DNA from: the human T2T-CHM13v2.0 reference genome, Homo sapiens
DNA: 64,000 bases
Strand: one strand, 5' to 3'
Assembly (NCBI RefSeq): GCF_009914755.1
Contig: NC_060938.1
The notes beneath the pieces are model-generated. The model saw only the letters and a program-made list of their open reading frames with translations. It ran no database searches and was not told the DNA's origin. The translations under genes were made by a program, and so were the position numbers. Shown piece after piece: positions 39,866-52,797 of this stretch (the first letter of the stretch is position 1; every line of letters begins with the position of its first letter).

Positions 39866-40477
39866 GCTCACTCTGTCCTCCCTCAACCTGGGGCAGCAAC
39901 GTCACTCGGTCCACTGTTGCCCCCCTGCCTGTCCTGGCACCCTCTGTCCAGGTTTAGGCTGTTTTTCTTGCCTCATTTTTGTTTTTGCAGCACTTGGCGT
40001 GTTCCCTATGCTGTGGAGCAGCCCCAGTGTCCAGTCAGGTCTCCCCAACAGAGCCTCTTGCCCTTGCCCATGTGCCCCTCCTGGATGAGCTCCCGGATCC
40101 TCCCGTCCCTGCACTGCTCCTGCTCTGGAAGCCTCTCCAGAACCTCAGCTCCTCAGTGGCCTCTGCTCTGCTGGGTCAGTTCCCTGAACGCACGGAGCCT
40201 CAGCCCCTCCCCTCGCCCCAGGCCTGCTGCACTCTGGGCCTTTCTGGGCCTCCCTGGACTCTTCCCTCCTCCCACCCGTGCACTCAGCACAGCTCTCCCC
40301 TCCTCTCCGCTGCTGACCACAGCCCTGCTCCCGGCCAGCAGGTGCCCCAACCCCATCAGCTGGCTCTGAGCCCAGCCCCTGTGCCTCCCCTGTCCCTGCC
40401 TCTGCCTCTGGGCTCCTTGGCTTCCACCCTCCTGTCCTGCTGCCACACTCACCCTCCCTGCTCTGCTCCCAGCTCAC

Positions 40478-41020
40478 CTGCTGTCCTTGGTCCTGGCTGA
40501 GAGGAGGGCCCTACGGCCAGCTCTGCTGACCCTGCCCTGGGCTCCGGTGATGCTGCCGGCCTGGACAAGCCCCTCGGTTCACCTGGGGCCTCTCCTCCTC
40601 CCTCTCTCTGCTGCCTCCTGAGCTCAGGTCGGTCATGCCCATCCTGGCATCACCCCATGGCTGGCTCTGCCCCATCCCGTCATGTTCCTCACGCTCCCAG
40701 CCCGGTCGTCCTGGAGGCCTCAGTCAGCCTCTGGTGTGTCCTGCCCTGTTGGCTTGGAAGCCCCTGCCCACGGTCCCCGTCGTCTCGCACTGGGTGGGCA
40801 TCGGTGCCTGAAGGCTGCCCACCTCCCCCGTGCTGGCTCCGCTTAGGCTTCCATGTGGGGCTGGCCTCGCCCCAGCCTCTCCCCAGCCTCTTGCAGCCTG
40901 TTCAGCAGCTCAGGTCCAGGAGCGCCGATGGCTGCGCCCAGGCTCTGTCCTTCTCCTGAGCCTGTGCTCCTGCCCTGTGCTGACCCCACTCACCGAGGTG
41001 GGGGTCTCAGCCCTTCCTGT
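40478..41020 (-). ncRNA. I-gamma3 germline transcript exon
   Basis: Paralog of 12762-13300; donor CAG|GTGAGC at 40478; 5' end approximate. Confidence 0.75.
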
Positions 41021-41034
41021 TGTGGCGAGGTACA

Positions 41035-41195
41035 TGTGGGCAGCCTTGCCCACGCTGTCAGCTGCCATTTGTCTTCCTAGGAAATCACAGCTCGGCCCCC
41101 AGGTCCCCAGGGGTGTGAACTCCACGCTGCAAACACTAAGAACAGGATTGAAACCGGCGGCACCACTTACTTCCTGAAGTTCCCTTTTCTTCTGG
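41035..41195 (-). promoter_or_regulatory. I-gamma3 promoter
   Basis: STAT6 site TTCCTAGGAA at 41074-41083; kB-like and ETS motifs conserved with gamma1. Confidence 0.8.
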
Positions 41196-41505
41196 TGGTT
41201 TCTGTGTCAGAGGGCGAGGGGGAGTCCAGACACAGCTGAGGCTGCCTCATGGGTGTGTGGGGATGGGGGTGGTGGCTGCCCCCATACTCCCCCATACTCA
41301 CGGGAGAAGGTGGGGAGCCCGGACCTTGTGTGCTGCTCTTTTCTCTGTCTCTGAGTCCCTGGGGCTGGACTGAGACTGGCAACGATTATGACCATTCTGC
41401 CCGTGGTCTCAGCCTCTCAATACCTGGGCCTCTCATCTGAAGCTTCTGGCCCCCACTGGGCCCTGGTGGCTGCTTTTGCCTGGGCATCTCTCCAGCTGAC
41501 TCTCA

Positions 41506-42210
41506 CTCATGGTGCAGGGAGGGGAGTGTGAGTTCATCCTGCTGAGCAGCTGGCAAAGGCGAGCTGGGATGGAGAAGGGAAGGCGTTCCAAGGCTCAGGT
41601 CTGAACTCACAGGCAGGGGCAGGTCTGGCTGCAGGGAGAATGTGTGTGCTTGAGACCAGGAGGGTCCCAGGGCTGGCCGAGTGGACCCTGCACAGGAAGG
41701 CCTCTGAGGCTGGTGCTCCAGAAGGAACAAGATGGGCTGCGAGGAGCCAGGGCCACCAGCTGTGCTCCTGGGGGCCGAGGGGACGTGGGACAGGCGGATG
41801 AACACACTGAAGCTGAGTGGAGGTGGTGCAGGGCAGTGTAGCAGCAGAGGGGAGCCAGAGGGGCCCATTCAGGGCCTGGGCAGAGTTGGCCAGAGCCTGT
41901 GGTGCAGGTGAGGGGAAGGGGTAGGGGGCAGGGCCCTGGGGCTGAGCAGGGGGGATAGCCTGTCTGAGGGCAGGGTACTTAGCTTCCTCAGAGTTCAGGG
42001 GCACACCCCACCTGCAGTGGGACTCCAGGGCCACTGGACTACCAGCAGAGAGAGAAATGGGGCCTCCCTGGGGCCTGGGGATGCTGGCATCATGCAGGGT
42101 GGGGAGGTCCAAGGGCATGTGCAAGGCTCCTACCTGTGCTGGGGGAGCCTGGACTGATCTCAGCAGGGACCTTGCCAGGCAGAAGCTCTGGATAGAGGGA
42201 AGAGCTGGGC
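41506..42210 (-). repeat. Inverted repeat arm B (upstream of I-gamma3)
   Basis: Inverted copy of 37704-38360. Confidence 0.9.
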
Positions 42211-42719
42211 AAGGACGTACGTGGAAGTGGGAGGTAGCAGGGAACGGAATGAGGCCAGAGGGCCTCGGGAAAGCCCGAGGAGGTGTCGCACAGGAAGTGT
42301 CCAGAATGGAAGAGGAAGCGTCCAGCAAGGAACAGGAAGAATGGACACTTGTGAGGGGAAATCATGTCCCTCCCACTAAATGTGCTCTCCACAAGGACCC
42401 GGCCCGCCCTTCTGTCCCTGCTGGATCCCTGAGCTGGCACCAGCCCTGCCCTCAGAGAGAACGTCCAGGAGACAGGTGGAGGTGTACGTGTGGGTCCCTG
42501 GGGAAATCCATCCTCCAGCCGCGGGCTCCCAGTCGGCTCCCAGCCTCTCGCTCCAGCTTCACCCCATGGAGCTCATAATGGGCTCAACCTCCCAGCCTGG
42601 GGGAGGACGGAGTGATGGGCCCCACACTGCCCATGGCACACCCAGGGGGCTGGGGAGACTGCACTTGGCTGGGGCAGGGAGGCCTTGTGCAGTCTGTGGG
42701 GCTGGCAGCTCAGGACAAC

Positions 42720-43510
42720 ACTCGTATCCGTTAAGTGCGGCCCTGGCAACACTGCACCCCAGACTGCGTGGCTTAAACAACAGACGTTTATTCCGTCCTG
42801 GTTCTGGAGGCCGGTCATCTGGGATGGAGGTCTCGGTGGGGCTGGCTCCTCTGTGTCATGGAGACTCTGTTCCAGGCTCTCTCCTTGCTGCTGGGCTTTG
42901 CCGGCCGTCTCTGCTGCTCTTGGCTTGTGGAAGCAGCACCATCTTCACAGGGCGTTCTCCACACGTGCGTCTGTGCCCAGATTCCCCCTTTTCATGAGGA
43001 CAGCAGTCATATTGGATCAGAGGCTTGCCCTACTCCAGGGTGACCTCATCCGAACTTGATTGCAGCTGCAAAGACTGTTTCCAAACAAGGTCACATTCTG
43101 TGGTCCTGGGGGTTAGGACTTCAACACATGAATTTATAGGGGACACATTTTAACCCATGACAGTTTGCCCTCCGCTCCCCCCATAATCATGTCCTTCTCA
43201 CAGGCAAAATCCCTGCATCCCATAGCAACATCTCCAAGATGGCTAACCCCTTCCAGCACCAACTCTTAGTCCACAATCTCAGCGACATATCACCTGCATC
43301 AAGTGTGGGAGAAATGCAGGGTGATTCATTCTGGGGTGAAATTCCTCTCCATCTGTGGACCTTTGTAACTTGACAAGAAGTTATCTGCTTCCAAAGTACA
43401 ATGATGGGGCAGGCATAGGATGGACATTCCTATTCCAAAAGGGATACATTGGAAGGGAGAGAGGAGCCATGGGTCCTAAGCAAGCCCAAAACCTAGTAGG
43501 GAAAACTGCA
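42720..43510 (-). mobile_element. MLT1 LTR plus internal sequence (resumes at ~49860-50010 and ~51385-51840)
   Basis: Paralog of 15610-16212; the internal sequence is interrupted by the L1 and the pseudogene. Confidence 0.7.
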
Positions 43511-43518
43511 TTAGATTT

Positions 43519-46500
43519 TTTTTGAAGAAAACAATATACTTTTATTTTAGCTGTTTAAAAGTTTTATGATTGTTTTTAATTGACACATAATAATTGTATA
43601 TATTTTGGGGTACATTGTGATATTTGGATACATATATACAATGGGTGATGATCAAATCAGGATAATTAGTATTGGGGGAACCTGCCCCCAATATTTCAAT
43701 GTAGGTTCTTTCTGTTTTCCATAATTGTTGGCCAGCTGAGAAATAAAGAGAGACAGTATAAAGAGAGGATTTTACAGCTGGGCAGCCGGGGGTGACATCA
43801 CATATCAGTAGGACTGTGATGACCGCCTGAGCCTCAAACCAGCAGGTTTTTTGTTAAGGGTTTCAAAAAGGGAGGGGGTGTAAGCACAGGGAGTGGGTAC
43901 AAAGATCACATGCTTCAAAGGCAAAAAGCAGAACTACTAATAAGGGTCTAACAAAGATCACATGCTTCTGAGGGAACAGGACAAAGGGCAAAAGCAGAAC
44001 CACTGATAAGGGTCCAACAAAGATCACAGGGCAAAGGGCAAAAACAGAACTACTGATAAGGGTCTATGTTCAGCAGTGCATATATTATCTTGATAAACAT
44101 CTTAAACAACAGAAAACAGAGTTTGAGAGCAGAGAACCAGTGTGACCACAAATTTACCAGGGTGGAGTTTTTCACCCCCCTAATAAGCTGAGGGTACTGC
44201 AGGAGACCAGGGCGTATCTCAGTCCTTATCTCAGTCCTTATCTCAACCACATAAGACAGACATTCCCAGAGCGGCCGTTTATAGACCTCCCCCAGGGATG
44301 CATTCCTTTCCCAGGGTATTAGTATTAATATTCCTTGCTAGGAAAATAATTTAGCGATATCTTCCCTACTTGCACGTTCATTTATAGGCTTTCTGCAAGA
44401 AGAAAAATATGGCTCTTTTTGCCCAACCCCTCAGGCAGTCAGACCTTATGGTTGTCTTCCCTTATTCCCTAAAAATCGCTGTTATTCTGTCTTTTTCAAG
44501 GTGCACTGATTTCATATTGTTCAAACACATATGTTTTACAATCAATTTGTACAGTTAACACAATTATCCCAGTGGTCCTGAGGTGACGTACATCCTCAGC
44601 TTATGAAGATAACAGGATTATGAGATTAAAGTAAAGACAGGCATAAGAAATTATAAAAGTATTATTTGGGAACTGATAAATGTCCATGAAATATTCACAA
44701 TTTATGTTCCTCTGCCATGGCTCCAGCTGGTCCCTCCATTCGGGGTCCCTGACTTCCTGCAACAATTAGCATATCCATCACCTCAAACATTTATCACTTC
44801 TTTGTGCTGGGAACAATCAAAATTTGCTCTTCTAGCCGTATGAAAATATACAATAAATTGTTGTTAGTTATAGTCACCCTATGGTGTTAGAGAACACCGG
44901 GGCCTATTCCTCCTACCTGACTGTAATTTTTTATTTATTAATTGACTTCTAGCTATCCTATCCCCTCCCATTCCCAGCCTCTGGTTACCACTATTCTACT
45001 CCCTATTTCTATGAGATCAACTTATTTGGCTTCCATATATGAGTGAGAACATGTGATATTTGGCTGTCTGTGTCTAGCTTTATTTCACTTAACATGTCCT
45101 CCAAGCTCATCCATGTTACCTCAGATGACAAGATTTCATTCTTTTTCATGGCAGAATAGAATTCCTCTCTCTCTCTCTCTCTGTGTGTGTTTGTGTATAA
45201 ACACTACATTTTCTTTATGCATTCATCTGTTGATGGACACGTAGGTTGATTCCAACACTGGCATTGTGAATAGTGCTGCAATGAACATGTAGTGTAGATG
45301 TCTCTTTGACATAGATTTCCTTTGGATAAATACCCGGTAGAGGATGGTGGGATCATGGGGCAGTACTCATTTCCATTTTTTGAGGAAGCTCTTTATTGTT
45401 TTTCAATGGCTGTGCTAATTCCAAAGACAAGATTTCAACCAATAATGCATTAAAGCTCCCCTTTCTCTGAATCTTTGACAGCAATTGTTTTTTGCCTTTT
45501 TTAATAATAGCCATTTTAACTGGGGTGAGATTATATCTTATTGTGGTTTCAATTTGCATTTTCCTTATGATTAGTAATGTTGAGCATTTTCTCATATGTC
45601 TGTTGGCCATTCGTATATCTTCCTTTTAGAGACGTCTATTCAGTTCCTTTTTTGGTTTTAAAAACTTTTAAATATTTTTTCATTTGCCTATTTTTAATAA
45701 AAAAATTTGTTTTCTTTTCTGTTTAGTTGTTTGAGTTTCCAATGTATTCTAAATATTAGTCCCTTGTTGGATGGAGAGTTTGCAAATATTTTCTAACATT
45801 CTGTAGATTGTCTTTTCACTCTGTTGATTGTTTCCTTTGTTGGGCTCAAGTGATCCTCCTGCCTTGGCCTCCCAAAGTGCTAGAATTAGAGGCATGAGCC
45901 ACTACATCTGGCCTGATATCATTGGCTTGTTCCAGATTTTAGAGAAAAGCTTTCAACTCTTGCATGTTCAGTATGATGTTGGCTGTGGGTTTGTCACATA
46001 TAGCTCTTATTGTGTTGAGGTATATTCCTTTCATACCTAACTTGCTGAGAATTTTTATGAAGGGATGTTGGATTTTATCAAATACTTTTTCTGTGTCTGT
46101 TATGATGATAATACGGTTTTTGTCCTTCATTCTGTTGATGTGATTTGCATATGTTGAACCATCCTTGCATTCCTGGGATAAATCTCACTTGATCATGATA
46201 AATAATGTTTTTAATATGCTGCTGGATTCAATTTGCTAGTATTTGGTTGAAGGTTTTCATCTATTATCTTCATCAGAGTATTTAGCCTATAGTTTGCTTT
46301 TTTTGTTGTGTCCTTGTCTGGTTTTGGAATCATAATAATAATCACATAATCATAATCATAATCATAATTACCATAATAGTGGCCTCATACAAGGAATTTA
46401 GAAGAATTCCCTCCTCTTCAATTTTCGGGAAGATTTTCAGAAGAATAGGTATTAGTTTTTTTAGTGTTTGGTAGAATTCCCCAGTGAAGCCATTGGGTTA

Positions 46501-49500
46501 CTGTAGAATTGGCATTTTGATAGGAATGTCATTGGTATTTCAACAGGAATTTCTTTGGGCTTTCCTTTGATGGGAGACTTTTTGTTACAGATTCAATCTC
46601 AATGCTCATGACTGGTTTGTGCAGGCTTTCTATTTCTTCTGGGTTCAGTCTTGGTAGGTTGTGTTGTCCAGAAATATACCTGTTTCTGCTAGGTTTTCTA
46701 ATCTGTTGGTGTATGGTCTCTAATTATCCTTTGTGTTTCTGTGATATGAGTTGTAATGTTTCTGTTTTCATTTCTGATTTCATTCTTTTGGGTCTTTTTT
46801 GTTTAGTCTAGCTAATTATTTGTCATTTTTGTTTATCTTTTGAAAAATTCAATTTTTCATTTTGTTGATCTTTTTTTTTTTTAGTCTGAATTTCATTTAT
46901 TTCTGCTCTGATCTTTATTATTTCTTTCTTTCTACTAATTTTGGGTTTGGTTTATTCTTGATTTCCTAGTTCCTTGACATGCATTTTCAAGGATGAGATT
47001 TATTTGAAATCTCTCTGCTTTTTTGATGTAGGTATTTATTGCCATAAACTTCCATCTTAATGCTGCTTTTTGCTATATCTTATAAATTCTAGTATGTTGC
47101 ATTTCTATTTTCATTTTCTTTGTTGACATTCTAAAATTCCCTTCTTAATTCCTATTGGTCACTCAGGAGTACATTATTTAATTTCCCATGTCTTTGTACA
47201 GTCTTAAAAGTTCCTCTTATTGATTTCGAGTTTTATTGTGGTCATAAATGATATTTGATATAATTTTAATTCTTTCAAATTTGTTGAGACTTGTTTTGTG
47301 ACTTACTGTATGGTTTATCCTGGAGAATATTCCATGTGCTGATGAAAAGAATGTGTATTTCACAGCTGTTGGATGAAATGTTGTGTAAATATCTGTTAGA
47401 TGCATTTGGTCTAAAGTGCTTTTTAAATTGAATGCTTCTTTGTTGACTTTCTGTCTGGATTATCTGTCCAGTGCTGAGAGTGGTGTTGAAGTTATCAACT
47501 ATTATTGTATTGAGATCTATCTCTTCCTTTCTTCTGCTTCATCATATCTGCTGTTGAAGCTCATTACTGTATTTTTTAATTTTATTCATTGAATTCTTCA
47601 CCTGCAGAATTTTAGTTTGCTTCTTTTTTATTTCTATCTCTGTTGAAATTTTCATTCATACTGTAAATTACTTTCCTGAATTCATTGAATTGTTTATCTG
47701 TTTTCTTGTATCTTATTGAGTTATCTTAAGATCATTATTTTGAATTCCTTTTCCAGCAATACATTGATTTCTTTTTCCATTGAGGTCTATTAATGAGAGT
47801 TATGTTCCTTTGGTGGTGTCATATTTCCTTGCTTTCTCATGTTTATTGTGTTCCTGCATTGATGTCTGTGCATCTGGCGAAATAGTCACCTCTTCCAAAC
47901 TTTCAAGAGTGGGTTTTTTAGAGAAACAATTTCACCTGCAGTTGGGTTTAGTGTTTTGGTTGGGAAAGTGTGATGACTCTGTTTCTGAATAGGTGCAGTG
48001 GCATAGCCTCCATGCGTCTTCTTCAACTGCATTCAACCTCAGCAATAACTGTGGGCACCTCAGTGGACTAGGCTGTAGAAGTTTGTGGATGTAGTGGTGG
48101 CACAGGTTAATGTACTCAGTGTCAAGGGCTTTTGTAGTCCTCCTCTTCTTGTTTCCCCACAATGAGGAGATTTAGTCAAGGGGCTCTCTCTTGGTAGCAG
48201 GTCTAATGTGGCCAACGTGCAGCTGCAATGGTGCTGGATTCCAGGTGCAGAAAATTAGAGTAGCTGTGCAACTGGAGTCCTAGTCTCCTGGTTTCAAGAA
48301 TCTACTGTGGCATCTGGGTCTTGGGGTGTAGGTTCAGTTTCTGTGGCAGGTTTGGATTAGGTGGCTCACAGTGCTAGGATCTGTGACTCTGAGGTACCCT
48401 TTAACAGGTTTTGCTCAAGGGGCCAGGTTGTAGCTGTGAGTCTATTCCTGGGGGGTGCAGCATTTGTCCAACTCTGGGGAAGAAGGGGTGTTCTGGAGGT
48501 GTGGACCTGGGGAGTATGGTATGGCTGCAATTTGGGAAGCTGAGCCAATAGGGCACAATGGAAACTTTGGTCCCAGGGGATGAGGCACTGTATGGTATTG
48601 ACTCTAGACCCTAGGATGGTAGGGCTCAGCAGGATCCCAGACTCTGTGAGACCAGGTACAGTGTCAGCAAGTATCCCAAGATGGCAGAGCATAGCTGTAA
48701 TTTGGGCCTTGGTGGGGAGTAGGCAGGGAACAGCACAGTGCTGATTCTACTTCCCAGGGAGAGGGTGCCTCAGCAGCTCAGACCCTAGGGGCCTAGGCAA
48801 GCTCCAGGGAAGCAGGGCACTACAGTTGTTTGGCCTGTAGGCTGAGATGTCTCAGCTTAGCCACTGCTCTGTTTTCCTGGGGCATAGGGTACTATATCAG
48901 CTCAGCCTTGGGATGTGCTGCTGCTCAGCTTAAGCCAGGGCACTGATTCCCTAGAAGGTGATGTGTTGCTTCAGCTCAGGCCTTCTCTGCTGTAAGGAAA
49001 GTCCTGCATTTATGTATCAGAGGGTGTGATTGTTCTGAGTGGCCCAGGCACCATTTCTGTAGGATACAGGTTGCTGCCTCAGCCTAAGCACTGCAGTGTG
49101 TGACCTTCTGGGTGGCCAAGGCATTAGTTCCTGGAATGCAGGGTGCTGCTTCAACGTAGACACTAGAAAGGCATGGCCAAAGTCCTGTTTTGCTAGGAGG
49201 CAAGAAACTGCTTTAGCTTGGACTCAAAGGGTCAGGGGGAGGAGTGGGTAGAGCTGATCCACTTGGCTCTGTGGGGAAGGGTTTAATAGATGCCCATAGC
49301 TTGACTTGGGGACGTGGGACCACTAGTCTGGGTTGTTCAGTGGCAGCTTAGCCTCAGAGATGAAGGGGAGCTGTGACTACTCACTCCTTGGGTAAGACAC
49401 ACTCCAGCCATAGTTCCTATTCCAGTGTGGTGAAGCACTAGCCATGTGGGAGTGGGGTACGGTGTCAGCACCTTTTTTGGAGAGCACAGCTATGTGGCCT

Positions 49501-49849
49501 CCAGGCAACTCCCTCCAGTGCAAACTGCAGGGGACCCCAGTGGCGAGGTCTGCAGGTGTCCGAGGTGTTAGTGGGTGCCACTGGGATCCTCTTGCTTACC
49601 TCCTCATGTCAGAAATTCCTCCTGATTCCCAGATAATCCTGGTTGGGGGATGGAGTGGTGGAGGCCGTGTGTTTCCTTCTGTTGTCTATGTGGCCAGCCC
49701 ACATTTCTGTGCTTATCAGGGTTTCTGTTACTCCTCTGATGCACTCAGTGCTCTCCCTCAGTTATTTTCGTTAAAATATAGTTGTCTATTGACTTTTCTG
49801 GCTTTCTTTATGAGGATGATGAGCACTAGGGGCTTCTAGTTGGCCCTTT
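43519..49849 (-). mobile_element. L1MA-type LINE-1 (antisense, degenerate) with nested MER11 and Alu fragment
   Basis: L1 ORF2 peptides on minus ([24 protein letters not shown]; MHLTDIYTTFHPT); candidate TSD ATTAGATTT at 43510-43518 and 49850-49858. Confidence 0.8.
43670..44764 (-). mobile_element. MER11 (ERVK-class) solo LTR
   Basis: Minus strand begins TGTTGCAGGAAGTCAGGGACCCCGAATGGAGGG; internal aaagatcaca repeats; TSD ATTAG at 43665-43669 and 44765-44769. Confidence 0.85.
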
Positions 49850-50016
49850 ATTAGATTTAAGTCTCAAGATTCATCCTCCTCGGTTAATGCTCCATCTTCC
49901 AGGCCCACTGGGGTGGCCCCACACTCTGGGCCCAAGGTGGCAACAGCAGCCCCAACAGCCTCCTCACCTGTGGCTCTGATCTCAAAGTCATTCTTCCTTC
50001 ATTTTATCTGGTCTCA

Positions 50017-50021
50017 TGTAT

Positions 50022-50052
<31 letters not shown>

Positions 50053-51350
50053 TTTGCATGATAGGCTTTACTTTTAAATGATTAGTAGTACACCGAGTAA
50101 TAACATGTAACAAGTTCTTGAATTCTATCATCTAGTTATTTTGATTAAGAAGCTGAAACAATTATACTAGTAATATTCACTGTTCTAATTATTAGCAGCA
50201 ATGGACTACTTTAAGGCTGGCTGATGCTTCACACAGGTTACAGAAACTACTACTTTTTCATAGATAAAGCCCCTGACCTTCAAAAAAGCATTAAGGAAAA
50301 AATGATTTAATTCCTTCCTTTTTTCAAAGGATTGTTTTGCTTTTTCTTTTAAACTTGATACAAGAAAGAAAACATCAACAGTGATATATATATATGTATA
50401 TATATTGCTTGAGCCAAAAGGCATAATAAAATAGACAATATTTACCCATTATATTCCTAAGAAACATGAGTTAAAAAGATGAAATCTTTAAGTTTTTTTT
50501 TTTTGAGACAGGGTCTCACTCTAGCACCCAGGCTGGAGTGCAGTGGCACGATCTTGGCTCACTATAACCTCTGCCTTCCGGGCCCAAGTGATCCTCCTGC
50601 CTCACTCTTCCAAGTAGGTAGGACTATAAGCATGTACCACCATATCTGGCTAATTTTTATATTTCCTTGTAGAGACACAGTCTCACTGTGTTGTTCAGGC
50701 AGGTCTCAAACTCCTGAGCTCAAGCCATCTGCCCGCCTTGGCCCCCGAAAATGCTGGGATTACAGGCGTGAACCACCATGCCCAGCCTAGATAAATTCTA
50801 AGTCTGTACAAAGAAACTGGATTTGCTTCTCTCCGAAAAGTGAATGGGCCTACTCTATAATATACAGAGATAAGTTAATGTCTTCTTATAAGAATATAAC
50901 TAGAGCTTCTTATTCCATGAGGGCATCTAAAGTGCCAGTCCATTTAACAGGTGCTTCTCTCTTTTAATATCTACTTATGCGATAGTTTTCAGGGATTTCT
51001 GGCTGGATGCTGCAGACAAAGGCCAAAAGGTTATCTAAGACTTCTTCCCTGTTCTGCTGGAAGTAGGTCTGGAGGATGGTTATCCTGGGTCTGCGAGATC
51101 CTAGTGCTGCAGCTTCCTTGGCCTTGAACTCTTTCTCCTTCTGCAGGCAGTGCTGTTCAATTTCAGCCTAAGCTGCTCCTTTGGGCTGCTTCAGCCTCTG
51201 GTTCTTTTGCTTGTGGGCCCCAGACACCTTCTTGGCATCCTGCTTCTCGGCCTGCAGCAGCTGCTGGATCACCTGTGACTGACCGGCCATGGCCGTGGTG
51301 ATTCTGAGACCAAGGTGAGCAGCCTAAATCAGCTTGAAGGGCCCTTGGGT
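50017..51350 (-). pseudogene. ATP6V1G1P1: Processed pseudogene of V-ATPase subunit G1
   Basis: From ATG at 51290: MAGQSQVIQQLLQAEKQDAKKVSGAHKQKNQRLKQPKGAA*AEIEQHCLQKEKEFKAKEAAALGSR...TILQTYFQQNREEVLDNLLAFVCSIQPEIPENYRI. Intronless, in-frame TAG at 51168-51170, internal deletion, decayed poly(A) tail as (TTTA)n at ~50020-50055. Confidence 0.9.
50493..50787 (-). mobile_element. Alu (J-like) inside the pseudogene 3'UTR
   Basis: Poly(T) followed by a dimeric antisense Alu. Confidence 0.9.
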
Positions 51351-52400
51351 CAGCTGACCCAGCCACCTCAGCACTTCCCTCTTCAGCTGATCTCTCTCTT
51401 CTCATATTTTACTGTAAGCAGCAAGGAGAAATCAAGAATGCCTTCAACAATTTTCTTAGGAACTTCGTCAGCTAAACATCCAAGTTCATCATGTATAATT
51501 TCTACTTTCCACAAAACGGAACACAGTTCAGCCAAGTGCTTTGCCACTGTATGACAAGGGTCACCTTCGTTTTCAATAACACCTTCCTTATTTCTGTCTG
51601 GAGCCTCAGCAGAGGCATCTTTAACATTCACGTTTCTAGCAACATTCTGTTCGTGACAATTTATGTATTCTCCAAGATGACAGGAGTTTTCTCTATAGCT
51701 CTCCTCTTTCTTTCTGAGCCCCCACCAGGATCACCTTTAATGTCCAAATTTCTAACATAGTCTTCAAGGAAACCTAGGCTTTTTCTAACACACACCTCAA
51801 AACTCTTCCAGCCTCTACCCCTTACTGAATTCCACATTTTGCTACTTATGACCCCTGGGCTCACTGAAAACTTACTGCCCACTTCTGATCCTTCAGTTTC
51901 TCCTTTGGCAACATGCACAAAGTGGCCTGATCTTGTTCAACCCAGTTCTAGGTCTGCTACCTTCTAATACCGGGCAGACTCAGCCAAGTCCTGGGCTGAG
52001 CTGGTGTGATTGGGCCTCCCAGCCCTGTACCCTGAGGGTGCTTGGGCTTCACTGGGAGAACCTGACCAAGTATCGTTCAGTACCATGCATGTCACTCAAT
52101 ATCACCCCTAGAGATTTGGGGGTTAGCAGTACCATGGAGTTCCTGATATGATTTAGATGTTTGTCCCCTCCAAATTTCACATTGAAATATGATCCCCAGT
52201 GTTGGAGGTGAGACCTGGTGGGAGGTATTGGGGTCATAAGGCCAGATCTCTCATGAATGGTTTGGTGCCATCCCCTTGGTGATGGGTGATTTCTCACTCT
52301 ATTAGTTCACACAAGAGCTGGTTGTTTAAAAAAACCTGACACTTCCTTCTTATCTCTCTTTCTCCCTCTCACCATTCTCACCATGTGACATGCTGGCTCC

Positions 52401-52797
<397 letters not shown>

